A stretch of DNA of 64,000 nucleotides from Thermoanaerobaculia bacterium (GTDB lineage: Bacteria > Acidobacteriota > Thermoanaerobaculia > Multivoradales > JAIOJS01): assembly GCA_036005845.1 (NCBI GenBank), contig DASYQD010000117.1, forward strand, positions 49,581 through 113,580, given 5' to 3'. The notes under the pieces are model-generated. The model was given only the letters and a program-made list of their open reading frames with translations, did no database searches and had not been told where the DNA came from. Shown piece by piece: positions 9,098-17,183 of this stretch. The translations under genes were made by a program, and so were the position numbers. Position 1 is the stretch's first letter. The number at the start of each line of letters is the position of its first letter.

Positions 9098-10444
9098 ATG
9101 GCGGCCGACGACGCCTTCCCACTGCCGCGGCAGCAGGCCGAGCTCTGCAGCTTCGACGGCGGCGTGGAGGAGCGCGCCTGGCTGGTGCGGCCCGACCGCT
9201 ACCGCGACCTCGAGCAGCTCCCTGACGGCATGCGCCGCATCGTGCGCGGCGGCGGCTACTCCTACGCCGCCGCGAGCTTCGGCGGCGGCGCGCTGGTGCA
9301 GGACTTCCGCGCCTTCGACCGCGTGCTGGGCTTCGACGCCGAGAGCGGCCGCGTGCGCTGCGAGGCGGGCATCACGCTCGGCAAGCTCTTCGCCTTCGCG
9401 GCGGCGCGCGGGCTGTACCTGCCGGTGCAGCCGGGGCACCCCGACATCACCGTCGGCGGCTGCATCGCCGCCGACGTCCACGGCAAGAGCCCGGCGCTGG
9501 ACGGCACCTTCCGCCGCTGGGTAGTCGAGCTGACGCTGTTCCATCCCGCGCGCGGGCTGCAGACCGCCTCAGCCGAGGAGAACGCCGAGCTGTTCGAGCT
9601 CACCTGCGGCGGCTACGGCCTCACCGGGCACATCGTCGCCGCCACGCTGCAGCTCCGGCCGCTGCCGATCGAGTGGGAGCTCGAGAACGTCGCCGCCCTG
9701 AGCCTGCTCGCCACCGTCGATCTGCTGGTCGAGCGCGGCGCCGGCGCCGGGCTCGCATACACCTGGAACGACCTCTGCGCCTCGGGTGCGGCGTTCGGCC
9801 GCGGCTTCCTGCACCTCGGTCGCGCCGTGAACGGTGATGCGGCGCGCGCGGACGGCGCGCCGCCGCGCTACCAGCGGCTGCCGCCGTGCGCGCGCTCGCC
9901 GCTGCGCGCCTGGCGGCGGCCGGTGACGCCGCTGTTCAACCGCGCCTACGGCGGGCTGCAGAGACTGGGCCGGCACCGGCAGGCGAAACCCTTCGCCCTG
10001 CTCTTCCCGATCGCCTCGCGCGCGGCCTACTTCCGTCTCTTCGGTGGCCGCGGCTTGCACGAGTATCAGGTGCTGGTGCCGAGGCCGGCCTTTGCGGCCT
10101 TCGCGCGCGGCCTGCAGGAGGCGGTACAGCGCTTGCGCGTCGCGCCCACGCTGGGTTCCTGCAAGCTGTTCACCGCCACCGGCGGGCACCTCCGTTTCGC
10201 CGGCGACGGCATCTGCATGGCGGTCGACTTCCCGCGCAGCGCGACGAGCGTCGCGTTCGCGGCGCGGCTCGACGACCTGACGGCGGAGGTCGGCGGCATC
10301 CCGAACGTGATCAAGGACTCGCGGTTGCCGCGCGCCGTCGTCGAGCGCTGCTATCCGCGGCTCGACGACTTCCGCCGCGGGCTGCTGCGCCTCGACGCCG
10401 ACCGCCTCTACCGTTCCGAGCTCGCGGAGCGGTTGGCGCTGTGA
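9098..10444 (+). CDS. FAD-binding oxidoreductase, DprE1-like
   Basis: RGGGYSY, PGHPDITVGGCIAADVHGK and CGGYGLTGHI; C-terminal GICMAVDFP and IKDSRL. These are typical of the DprE1/VAO family. Confidence 0.8.
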   Translation: MAADDAFPLPRQQAELCSFDGGVEERAWLVRPDRYRDLEQLPDGMRRIVRGGGYSYAAASFGGGALVQDFRAFDRVLGFDAESGRVRCEAGITLGKLFAFAAARGLYLPVQPGHPDITVGGCIAADVHGKSPALDGTFRRWVVELTLFHPARGLQTASAEENAELFELTCGGYGLTGHIVAATLQLRPLPIEWELENVAALSLLATVDLLVERGAGAGLAYTWNDLCASGAAFGRGFLHLGRAVNGDAARADGAPPRYQRLPPCARSPLRAWRRPVTPLFNRAYGGLQRLGRHRQAKPFALLFPIASRAAYFRLFGGRGLHEYQVLVPRPAFAAFARGLQEAVQRLRVAPTLGSCKLFTATGGHLRFAGDGICMAVDFPRSATSVAFAARLDDLTAEVGGIPNVIKDSRLPRAVVERCYPRLDDFRRGLLRLDADRLYRSELAERLAL

Positions 10445-11175
10445 CCGCGGTCGTCGTCGGCGCATCGGCGGGCCTCGGTCGCGCGCTCGCCGTCGAGCTG
10501 GCGCGTTCGGGGCGGCCGCTGCTGCTGGTGGCTTCGGACCGCCGCGACCTCGACGCCTTGGCGGGCGACCTATCGCTGCGCTTCGGCGTGGCGGCCAAGG
10601 TGCTGGCGCTCGACGCCGCCGACGCCGACGCGCTCGCCGCCGGGCTGCGCGCCGCCGCGGCGGAGCTGCCGCCGGTGGAGGCGCTGCTGCTCCCCATCGG
10701 CACCGTCGACGACGGCGACACGCCCCTGCTCGAGCCGGCGCGCGCGCGGCGGCTGATCGACGTCAACTTCACGGCGCCCGCGGCCGCCGTCCGCGAGCTG
10801 TTGCCCGGCATGCTGGAGCGCCACCGCGGCGCGGTGGTGGGTTTCGGTTCGGTGGCCGCCGCGCGCGGACGCTCGCGCAACGCCGTCTACGCCGCCGCCA
10901 AGCGCGCCCTCGCCAGCTACTTCGAGAGCCTGCGCCACCTCGCCGAACCGGCGGGCGTGGCTGTCGCCTTCTACGTGCTCGGCTACCTCGATACGCGCCT
11001 CGCCTTCGGCCGCCGCCTGCTGCTGCCCAAGGGCGCGCCGACCGCCGTCGCGCGCCGCGTGGTGCGCCGGCTGGGCCGCGACCGCGGCGTCGGGTACCTG
11101 CCGCGCTTCTGGTACCCTCTCGTGCTCGCCCTCAAGGCCCTTCCCCATGCCGTCTATGGTCGCCTCGACTTCTGA
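10441..11175 (+). CDS. Short-chain dehydrogenase/reductase, DprE2-like
   Basis: GTG overlaps the upstream stop (GTGA at 10441). VVVGASAGLGRA, DVNF, GSVAAARGR and YAAAK (YxxxK). Confidence 0.8.
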   Translation: MTAVVVGASAGLGRALAVELARSGRPLLLVASDRRDLDALAGDLSLRFGVAAKVLALDAADADALAAGLRAAAAELPPVEALLLPIGTVDDGDTPLLEPARARRLIDVNFTAPAAAVRELLPGMLERHRGAVVGFGSVAAARGRSRNAVYAAAKRALASYFESLRHLAEPAGVAVAFYVLGYLDTRLAFGRRLLLPKGAPTAVARRVVRRLGRDRGVGYLPRFWYPLVLALKALPHAVYGRLDF

Positions 11176-11932
11176 CCGCACGCTCGCGCCGCGCCCGGAC
11201 GCGGTCGAGGGGCGGCCGCGCGTCAGCCTCTTCTTTCCCGTCTACCGCGACGAGTCCACCGTCGAGCGGGTGACGCGCAAGTCGATCCGCGTGCTCGAGG
11301 AGCTCGCCTCCGACCACGAGGTGCTGATCGTCGACGACGGCTCCCCCGACCGCGCCGGCGACGTCGCCGACGAGCTGGCCCGCGAGCTGCCCAACGTGCG
11401 CGTCATCCACCACGAGCGCAACCTCGGCTACGGCGCCGCGCTGCGCACCGGCTTCCGCGCCGCCCGTCACGAGTGGATCGCCTTCACCGACGGCGACGAC
11501 GAGTACGAGGTCGACGACCTGCGCAAGCTGCTGCGGCTGCGCGACCGCTACGACCTGGTCATCACCTTCCGCTACGCCAAGCGCTACTCGAACCTGCGCA
11601 TCTTCATCTCCTTCGTCTACAACAAGCTGCTGCGGCGCGTCTTTCAGACCCGCTTCCGCGACGTCAGCTGCGGTCTGCGGCTGATCCGCAAGGAGATCGC
11701 CGACGAGCTCGAGCTGCAGTCGACGAGCCCGTTCATCGGCGCCGAGATCGCCATCAAGACGATGCTCAAGGGCTTTCGCATCGGCGAGGTGGGCATCCAG
11801 ACCTTCCCGCGCCAGTTCGGCCGCGGCGCCTCCACCTCGCCGCGCAACATCTGGGCGACGATCGTCGACATGCGGCGCGTCTACCGCGCCGTCTTCTCGC
11901 CCGAGTACGATCGGCCGCTCAACCGTGACTGA
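11147..11932 (+). CDS. GT2 glycosyltransferase, polyprenol-phosphate sugar synthase-like
   Basis: FFPVYRDE, IVDDGSPD, NLGYGAALRTG, FTDGDDEY and DVSCGLRL. Confidence 0.85.
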   Translation: MPSMVASTSDRTLAPRPDAVEGRPRVSLFFPVYRDESTVERVTRKSIRVLEELASDHEVLIVDDGSPDRAGDVADELARELPNVRVIHHERNLGYGAALRTGFRAARHEWIAFTDGDDEYEVDDLRKLLRLRDRYDLVITFRYAKRYSNLRIFISFVYNKLLRRVFQTRFRDVSCGLRLIRKEIADELELQSTSPFIGAEIAIKTMLKGFRIGEVGIQTFPRQFGRGASTSPRNIWATIVDMRRVYRAVFSPEYDRPLNRD

Positions 11933-13685
11933 CCGCATGTCCCGACTCACCACCCTGCTGTCGCAGCCGCAGCGCCGGCGCCGACTGGGCCTGGCGCTGT
12001 GTGCCGCGCCGGTGGCCATCCAGGCGCTGGCGGTGGCGCTGCTCGGCGTCAACACCATCCTCTGGGACGAGTTCTTCTACGTGCCCTTCATCCGCGAGGT
12101 GTTCGAGGGCCGCAACTGGTGGCACTGGATGACGCTGCAGCACAACGAGCACCGCGTGGTGCCGATGAAGCTGCTGATGGTGCCGCTCGCCCTGCTCACC
12201 AACTGGGACACCCGTGCCGAGATGTGGGCGAGCGTCGCGCTGGCGGCGCTGACGGTGTTCGGCCTCTGGCGTCTCTACCGCCATCTTGGCGGCGACGACC
12301 TGCTGCTCTTCGCGCCCGTCGCCTGGCTGGTCTGCAGCCTGGGGCACTACGAGAACATGCTCTACGGCATGATGGTGAGCTGGTACTTCGTGGTCGTCGG
12401 CGTGGTGTGGATGCTGGTGCTGCTGTCGGCACCGGGCGCGTTGCTGGTCGCCGGCGCGGTGCTCTGCGCCTTCACCGCCGCCTTCACCAACCTCAACGGC
12501 CTGCTCGTCTTTCCGCTCGGGTTGGGGATGCTCCTCGTCTACCGGCGCTGGAGGGCCGCCGCGGTGTGGCTCGCCGTCTCCATCGGCGCCTTCGTCCTCT
12601 ACTTCGTGAGATTCCAGATGCCCGGCGGGCAGCCGCCGCTGCCGCATCTGGGGCTCGCGGCGATCGCGCGCATCGCACGCTTCGGCATCAAGCTGCTGGG
12701 GGCGCCGCTCGCCGGCGGCAGCGTCGCCTGGAGCATCGTCATCGGCGTGCTGCTGATTGCGGCGACGGCGGCGGTCGCCCTGCGCTGGCGCCGGCCGTCA
12801 CGGCTGCGTCGCGACGTACCGGCCGCCGGCCTCATCGCCTTCGGCGCTCTCTCCGGCGCCATGATCGCCGCCGGCCGCGCTGCCTACCAGGGCATCCCGC
12901 CGCTGCAGTCACGCTACATGCTCGACACCGTCCTGGTGATCGTCGGCCTCTACCTGCTGCTCGCCCGCGCCGTGGAGCAGAGCGAGCCGGCGTCGCCCCC
13001 GCGCCGACTCCTGGTCCCCGTCCTCGCCCTGCTGGTGCCCGGCCTGCTCGCCGCCAACGCCGAGGGCCTGCGTGCGGCGCTCGAGTGGCGCAACTGGCAG
13101 CTCCAGCAGAAGGCCATCCTGCAGACGTTCGACCAGCGGCCGGCTTCCGAGCTGGGTGGGATCTACTTCCTGGAGCAGGTCCCGCCGGCGGCGAGCTGGC
13201 TGCGCCAGCACCGGGTGGGTCCCTTCGCGGATGCTCCCGAGGTCGTCTTGCTGGTGCATTGGCAGGACGGCGTACCGGCGGAGGAGATCCTTCCCGGCCG
13301 GCCGGTCGAGCAGACCCTGGTCTGTCCGGTGGGCCGGATCGAAGACGTCGCCGTGGTCTTCGCCACCTACGCGCGGCAGAACACCTCCCACGTCGTGCTG
13401 TCGCTGTCCGAGAAGGGGCGGCAGCTGGGGCGCCGCGAGCTCGCCGCCGCCGACCTCAAGGACAACGGCTGGGTCTCGCTGCCGGTGGACGTCCGCGACT
13501 GCCGCGGGCGCACTCTGGTGCTGCGCGTCGAGTCGCCCGACGCCCGGCCCGGCAACGCGGTGACGGTGTGGACCTATCCGCACTACTACGGCGGCGAGGT
13601 GAGCCAAGGCGGCAATCCGCGCATTGCTGGGCGCTCGCTCGGTCTGGCCATCAACGGCTTCACCGCGCAGCTGCTCCACGACTGA
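11925..13685 (+). CDS. Multi-pass membrane protein, putative GT-C glycosyltransferase with C-terminal extracytoplasmic domain
   Basis: About 11-12 hydrophobic segments, acidic WDE motif after TM1, QHNEHR loop, soluble beta-rich C-terminus. Confidence 0.6.
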   Translation: MTDRMSRLTTLLSQPQRRRRLGLALCAAPVAIQALAVALLGVNTILWDEFFYVPFIREVFEGRNWWHWMTLQHNEHRVVPMKLLMVPLALLTNWDTRAEMWASVALAALTVFGLWRLYRHLGGDDLLLFAPVAWLVCSLGHYENMLYGMMVSWYFVVVGVVWMLVLLSAPGALLVAGAVLCAFTAAFTNLNGLLVFPLGLGMLLVYRRWRAAAVWLAVSIGAFVLYFVRFQMPGGQPPLPHLGLAAIARIARFGIKLLGAPLAGGSVAWSIVIGVLLIAATAAVALRWRRPSRLRRDVPAAGLIAFGALSGAMIAAGRAAYQGIPPLQSRYMLDTVLVIVGLYLLLARAVEQSEPASPPRRLLVPVLALLVPGLLAANAEGLRAALEWRNWQLQQKAILQTFDQRPASELGGIYFLEQVPPAASWLRQHRVGPFADAPEVVLLVHWQDGVPAEEILPGRPVEQTLVCPVGRIEDVAVVFATYARQNTSHVVLSLSEKGRQLGRRELAAADLKDNGWVSLPVDVRDCRGRTLVLRVESPDARPGNAVTVWTYPHYYGGEVSQGGNPRIAGRSLGLAINGFTAQLLHD

Positions 13686-13741
13686 TCGCGAGGGGCCGGC
13701 GGGCTCGCCGGTCACGGATCGTAAAGCGCGGCTGAAAACGA

Positions 13742-13765
13742 AGGGCCCGCCGAACGGCGGGCCCT
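13742..13765 (-). terminator. Rho-independent terminator for the minus-strand S74 gene, possibly bidirectional
   Basis: Perfect inverted repeat AGGGCCCGCCG-AA-CGGCGGGCCCT, followed on the minus strand by TCGTTTTC. Confidence 0.65.
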
Positions 13766-13816
13766 GGGAGAGCGAAGCCGAGGCCCGCCGATCGGCAAGC
13801 CCCGGTTGCACGGCGG

Positions 13817-15460
13817 CTACTTCTGGAGCGCCGCGACCGCGGCCTCGAGAGCGGCGAGCCGCTGCTTGAGGGTGCCGATCTCGTCGTTCTTGGCCGACAG
13901 CTCCTGCTGCAGGCCCTGGATGGCGGCGAAGGCGACGCCGGCGCTGTCGGTCACCGAGATGCCCTTGGCATCGGCGCCGACCGAGAACAGCGAGTGGAAG
14001 TCCTCGGCCATCGGGCCCATGTGGCGGACGTCGGGGTCGGCCTTGTAGGACCAGGTGGTGATCGGCATGTTGGCGACCTTGGCGAGCACGTCTCGGGGGT
14101 CGACGCCGTCGAAGCCCTGCTTGACGGTGCGGCTCGAGCTCGGCGTCACGGTGCCGGAGAACACCACGTTGCCGTTCTGGTCGAGGCTCATCTCGGTGCC
14201 GGTGTGAGCCTGGTTGTCGACCACGAAGCTCGTGCTGCTGGTGCCGAACGACCAGCGCGGCGTAACGGTGGTGTCCTTGAGGATGAGGATGGCGCCGCCG
14301 TTGTTGTTGAGCTCGAGCAGCTCGCGAGGCGAGGTGGTGCCGCTGGTGTTCGAGACCAACACCTTGCCGTCGGTGGTGCCGCTGGCGCTGCTGGTCACGT
14401 GCAGGTTGGTGCTCGGGCTGGCGGTGCCGATGCCGACGTTGCCGCTGGCGTTGATGTCGATCGAGCTGGTCGGCGCGCCGGGCCGGATGCGGAAGGGCAG
14501 GCGCGAGCCGCCGGTGACGTCACGGACGAAGAAGTTCGCCTCGTTGCCGGCGATGTCCCAGGTCTGCGCCGTGAAGCCGCCCGAGTTGTTCTGCTCGAGG
14601 CGCATCGCCGGCGTGTTGCTGGTGGCGATGTGGAGGTCGAGCACCGGGGTCGAGGTGCGCAGGCCGACGCGGCCGGTGGAGTCGACGAAGATCGAGTTCG
14701 TCGAGGCGCCGGCGGTGATGGTGAAGGGCACCTTGGAGCCGGTGATGTCCTCGATGGAGAACTTGCTGCTGCCGCCGCTCGCCGAGTCGTTGGCGGTGAG
14801 CTGCCAGTCGTTGGCGGGGAAGCCCGACGAGCTCGACGTGTCGTCGAACTTGATGCGGGTGTTGTTCTCCTTGAGGCGGACGGTGTCGAAGCCGAACGAC
14901 TCGTTGTTCACGCAGTCGAGGCCGACGCAGGTGCTGCCCTGGACGATGAAGTCGTCGGCGTTGACGACGTCCTTCTCGACGATGCGGTTCGAGCCGTTCG
15001 CCCGCGCGCGCGGCGACGGCGTCTCGGTCTGCCCCTCGTCGGCGACGAAGGAGCCGTTGGCGATGGCGAAGGCGCCCGATTGCACGGCGCCGCCGCCGAC
15101 GTTGCGCTGGTCGCCATTGACGCGGGCGGCGGCGAGCTCGCGCTTGGCGGCCGCGCCGAGCACCGGGGCGGCGCTGAGCTCCCAGCGATACTGGCCGTCC
15201 GGCAGGCGCTGGCCGGCCTTGTCGAAGATGCTGAGGCTCGGCGCCTGGCCGGCGCCGAAGCTCTGCTCGATGATCAGGCCGCCAGGGCCCGACACCGTCA
15301 GCTTCATCGACTGAAACGAGCCGCGCGGCGTCCAATCGAGGCTGGCACCGCCGACACCGAGGTCCGCCACCGGACCGCGCGCCGCCATCGCCGGGACGGC
15401 GACGAGGAACGCGACTGCGAGGCAGGCGAAGACACTCCGACCCACTCTGCGATCCATCAT
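13817..15460 (-). CDS. Secreted tail-fibre-like protein with C-terminal peptidase S74 intramolecular chaperone domain
   Basis: GGAGG RBS before ATG 15460 and a signal peptide. GNVGIGTASPSTNLHV fibre motif; SSRTVK...ITTWSYK...HMGPMAEDF and a terminal coiled coil. Confidence 0.8.
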   Translation of the reverse strand: MMDRRVGRSVFACLAVAFLVAVPAMAARGPVADLGVGGASLDWTPRGSFQSMKLTVSGPGGLIIEQSFGAGQAPSLSIFDKAGQRLPDGQYRWELSAAPVLGAAAKRELAAARVNGDQRNVGGGAVQSGAFAIANGSFVADEGQTETPSPRARANGSNRIVEKDVVNADDFIVQGSTCVGLDCVNNESFGFDTVRLKENNTRIKFDDTSSSSGFPANDWQLTANDSASGGSSKFSIEDITGSKVPFTITAGASTNSIFVDSTGRVGLRTSTPVLDLHIATSNTPAMRLEQNNSGGFTAQTWDIAGNEANFFVRDVTGGSRLPFRIRPGAPTSSIDINASGNVGIGTASPSTNLHVTSSASGTTDGKVLVSNTSGTTSPRELLELNNNGGAILILKDTTVTPRWSFGTSSTSFVVDNQAHTGTEMSLDQNGNVVFSGTVTPSSSRTVKQGFDGVDPRDVLAKVANMPITTWSYKADPDVRHMGPMAEDFHSLFSVGADAKGISVTDSAGVAFAAIQGLQQELSAKNDEIGTLKQRLAALEAAVAALQK

Positions 15461-15638
15461 GACTCTGTCCTCCTTGGCCTTGAGGCCGGCCATTCTACGC
15501 TCGTTTTCAGGCGTTTGATGCGCCCAAGTGGAAGATGGTGGGAGGCACCCTGCCGAGCCGACGGAAGGGACCGCGCGGTAGCCGCAAGACGGACTCGCTG
15601 GGAGGCTCTCAAAGGTATATGCGTAAAATCGCGGCGGC

Positions 15639-17183
15639 ATGGATCACGGCGAGGCGAAGGAGCGGTTCGAGCGCCTTTGGCGACAGGTGCGCGACCTCGA
15701 GGGGGCGCGCCAGCTGTTGGAGTGGGACCAGGAGACCTACATGCCGCCCGCCGGCGCGGCGGCGCGCGGGCGCGTGCTGGGCACCCTCGCCGGTCTCGAG
15801 CACGAGCGGCTGAGCGATCCGGCCCTCGGCGAGGCGGTGGAGGCGATCGCTACCGGCGCCACCGGGTACGAAAGAAGTGACGAATGGGCGGCGCAGGCGC
15901 GCGAGGCGCGGCGCCGCATCCGGCGCGCCACCGCAGTGCCGCGACGGCTGGCCGAGGAGCTGGCCGAGGCGGCGAGCGCCGGCCTCGCGGCTTGGCAGGA
16001 GGCGCGGCGGGCGCAGGACTTCGCGCCCTTCGCGGCGCCGCTGTCGCGCCTGCTGCAGGCCAAGCGCGAGCAGGCCGCCTGCCTCGCATCCGGAGTACCA
16101 GGAGGATCGGCCTACGACGCGCTGCTCGACGAGTACGAGCCGGGTGCCACGGCCGCCGAGCTGGTGCCGCTCTTCGCCGCCTTGCGCGCGCGGCTCGTGC
16201 CACTGGTGCGCGCCGTCGTCGACAGCGGCGTCACCGCCGACGAGACACCGCTCCAGGGCCGCTTCCCGATGGAGGCGCAGCGGCAGCTCGGCACCTTCGT
16301 CGCCGCCGAGATCGGCTTCGACTGGTCGGCGGGGCGGCTCGACCGCTCGACGCACCCGTTCTGCACCGGCATCGACCGCCGCGACGTGCGCCTCACCTGG
16401 CGCGGCCAGGAGGCGGACCTGCGGCAGGCGTTGATGGGCGTGCTGCACGAGATGGGGCACGGCCTCTACGACCAGGGGCTGCCGGCGGAGTGGGAGTCGA
16501 CGCCGCTGGGCGAGCCGGCATCGACCGCGGTCCACGAGTCGCAGTCGCGGCTGTGGGAGATCCTCGTTGGCCGCGGCCGCCCGTTCTGGCGCTGGCTGCT
16601 GCCGCACGTCCGCCAGGCGTTCCCCGGCTATGCGCCTTCGCTCGACGAGGTGTGGAAGGCGCTCCATGCCATCAAGCCGACACTCATCCGGGTCGAGGCG
16701 GACGAGGCGACCTACAACCTGCACGTGCTGGTGCGCTTCGAGCTCGAGCGCGCGCTCTTCGACGGCGACCTGCAGGTGGCGGACCTGCCGGCGGCGTGGG
16801 ACGACCTCTACGCCGAGGTGCTCGGCCTGCGTCCGACCGACGTCGTGCAGGGCGTGCTGCAGGACCTGCACTGGGCGGCGGGGCTCTTCGGCTACTTCCC
16901 GACCTACACCCTCGGCACGCTGGCGGCGGTGCAGCTCTTCGACGCGGTGAGGCGCGAGCTCGGCGACCTCGACGAGCAGCTCGCGCGCGGCGAGTTCGCG
17001 CCGCTCCTCGGCTGGCTGCGCGAGCGCGTGCACCGCCACGGCGCCCGCTACACGCCGCGCGAGCTGCTGACGCGCGCCGCCGGCGCGCCGCCCTCGGCCG
17101 AACCGTTCCTCGCCTACGTCGAAGGCATCGCCGAGCAGGTCTACGGCGTGGCGCCGGCGGCGGTCGCGGCATCGAGCCGGTGA
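15639..17183 (+). CDS. Carboxypeptidase M32 (Taq family)
   Basis: WDQETYMP, HPFC, HEMGHGLY (HExxH), HESQSRLWE, IRVEADE and GYFPTY. Confidence 0.95.
   Translation: MDHGEAKERFERLWRQVRDLEGARQLLEWDQETYMPPAGAAARGRVLGTLAGLEHERLSDPALGEAVEAIATGATGYERSDEWAAQAREARRRIRRATAVPRRLAEELAEAASAGLAAWQEARRAQDFAPFAAPLSRLLQAKREQAACLASGVPGGSAYDALLDEYEPGATAAELVPLFAALRARLVPLVRAVVDSGVTADETPLQGRFPMEAQRQLGTFVAAEIGFDWSAGRLDRSTHPFCTGIDRRDVRLTWRGQEADLRQALMGVLHEMGHGLYDQGLPAEWESTPLGEPASTAVHESQSRLWEILVGRGRPFWRWLLPHVRQAFPGYAPSLDEVWKALHAIKPTLIRVEADEATYNLHVLVRFELERALFDGDLQVADLPAAWDDLYAEVLGLRPTDVVQGVLQDLHWAAGLFGYFPTYTLGTLAAVQLFDAVRRELGDLDEQLARGEFAPLLGWLRERVHRHGARYTPRELLTRAAGAPPSAEPFLAYVEGIAEQVYGVAPAAVAASSR

Noticed and set aside
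13817-15460. Prophage inferred from the tail-fibre/S74 gene
   Set aside because: No integrase, capsid, terminase or other phage genes nearby, and the protein has a signal peptide.
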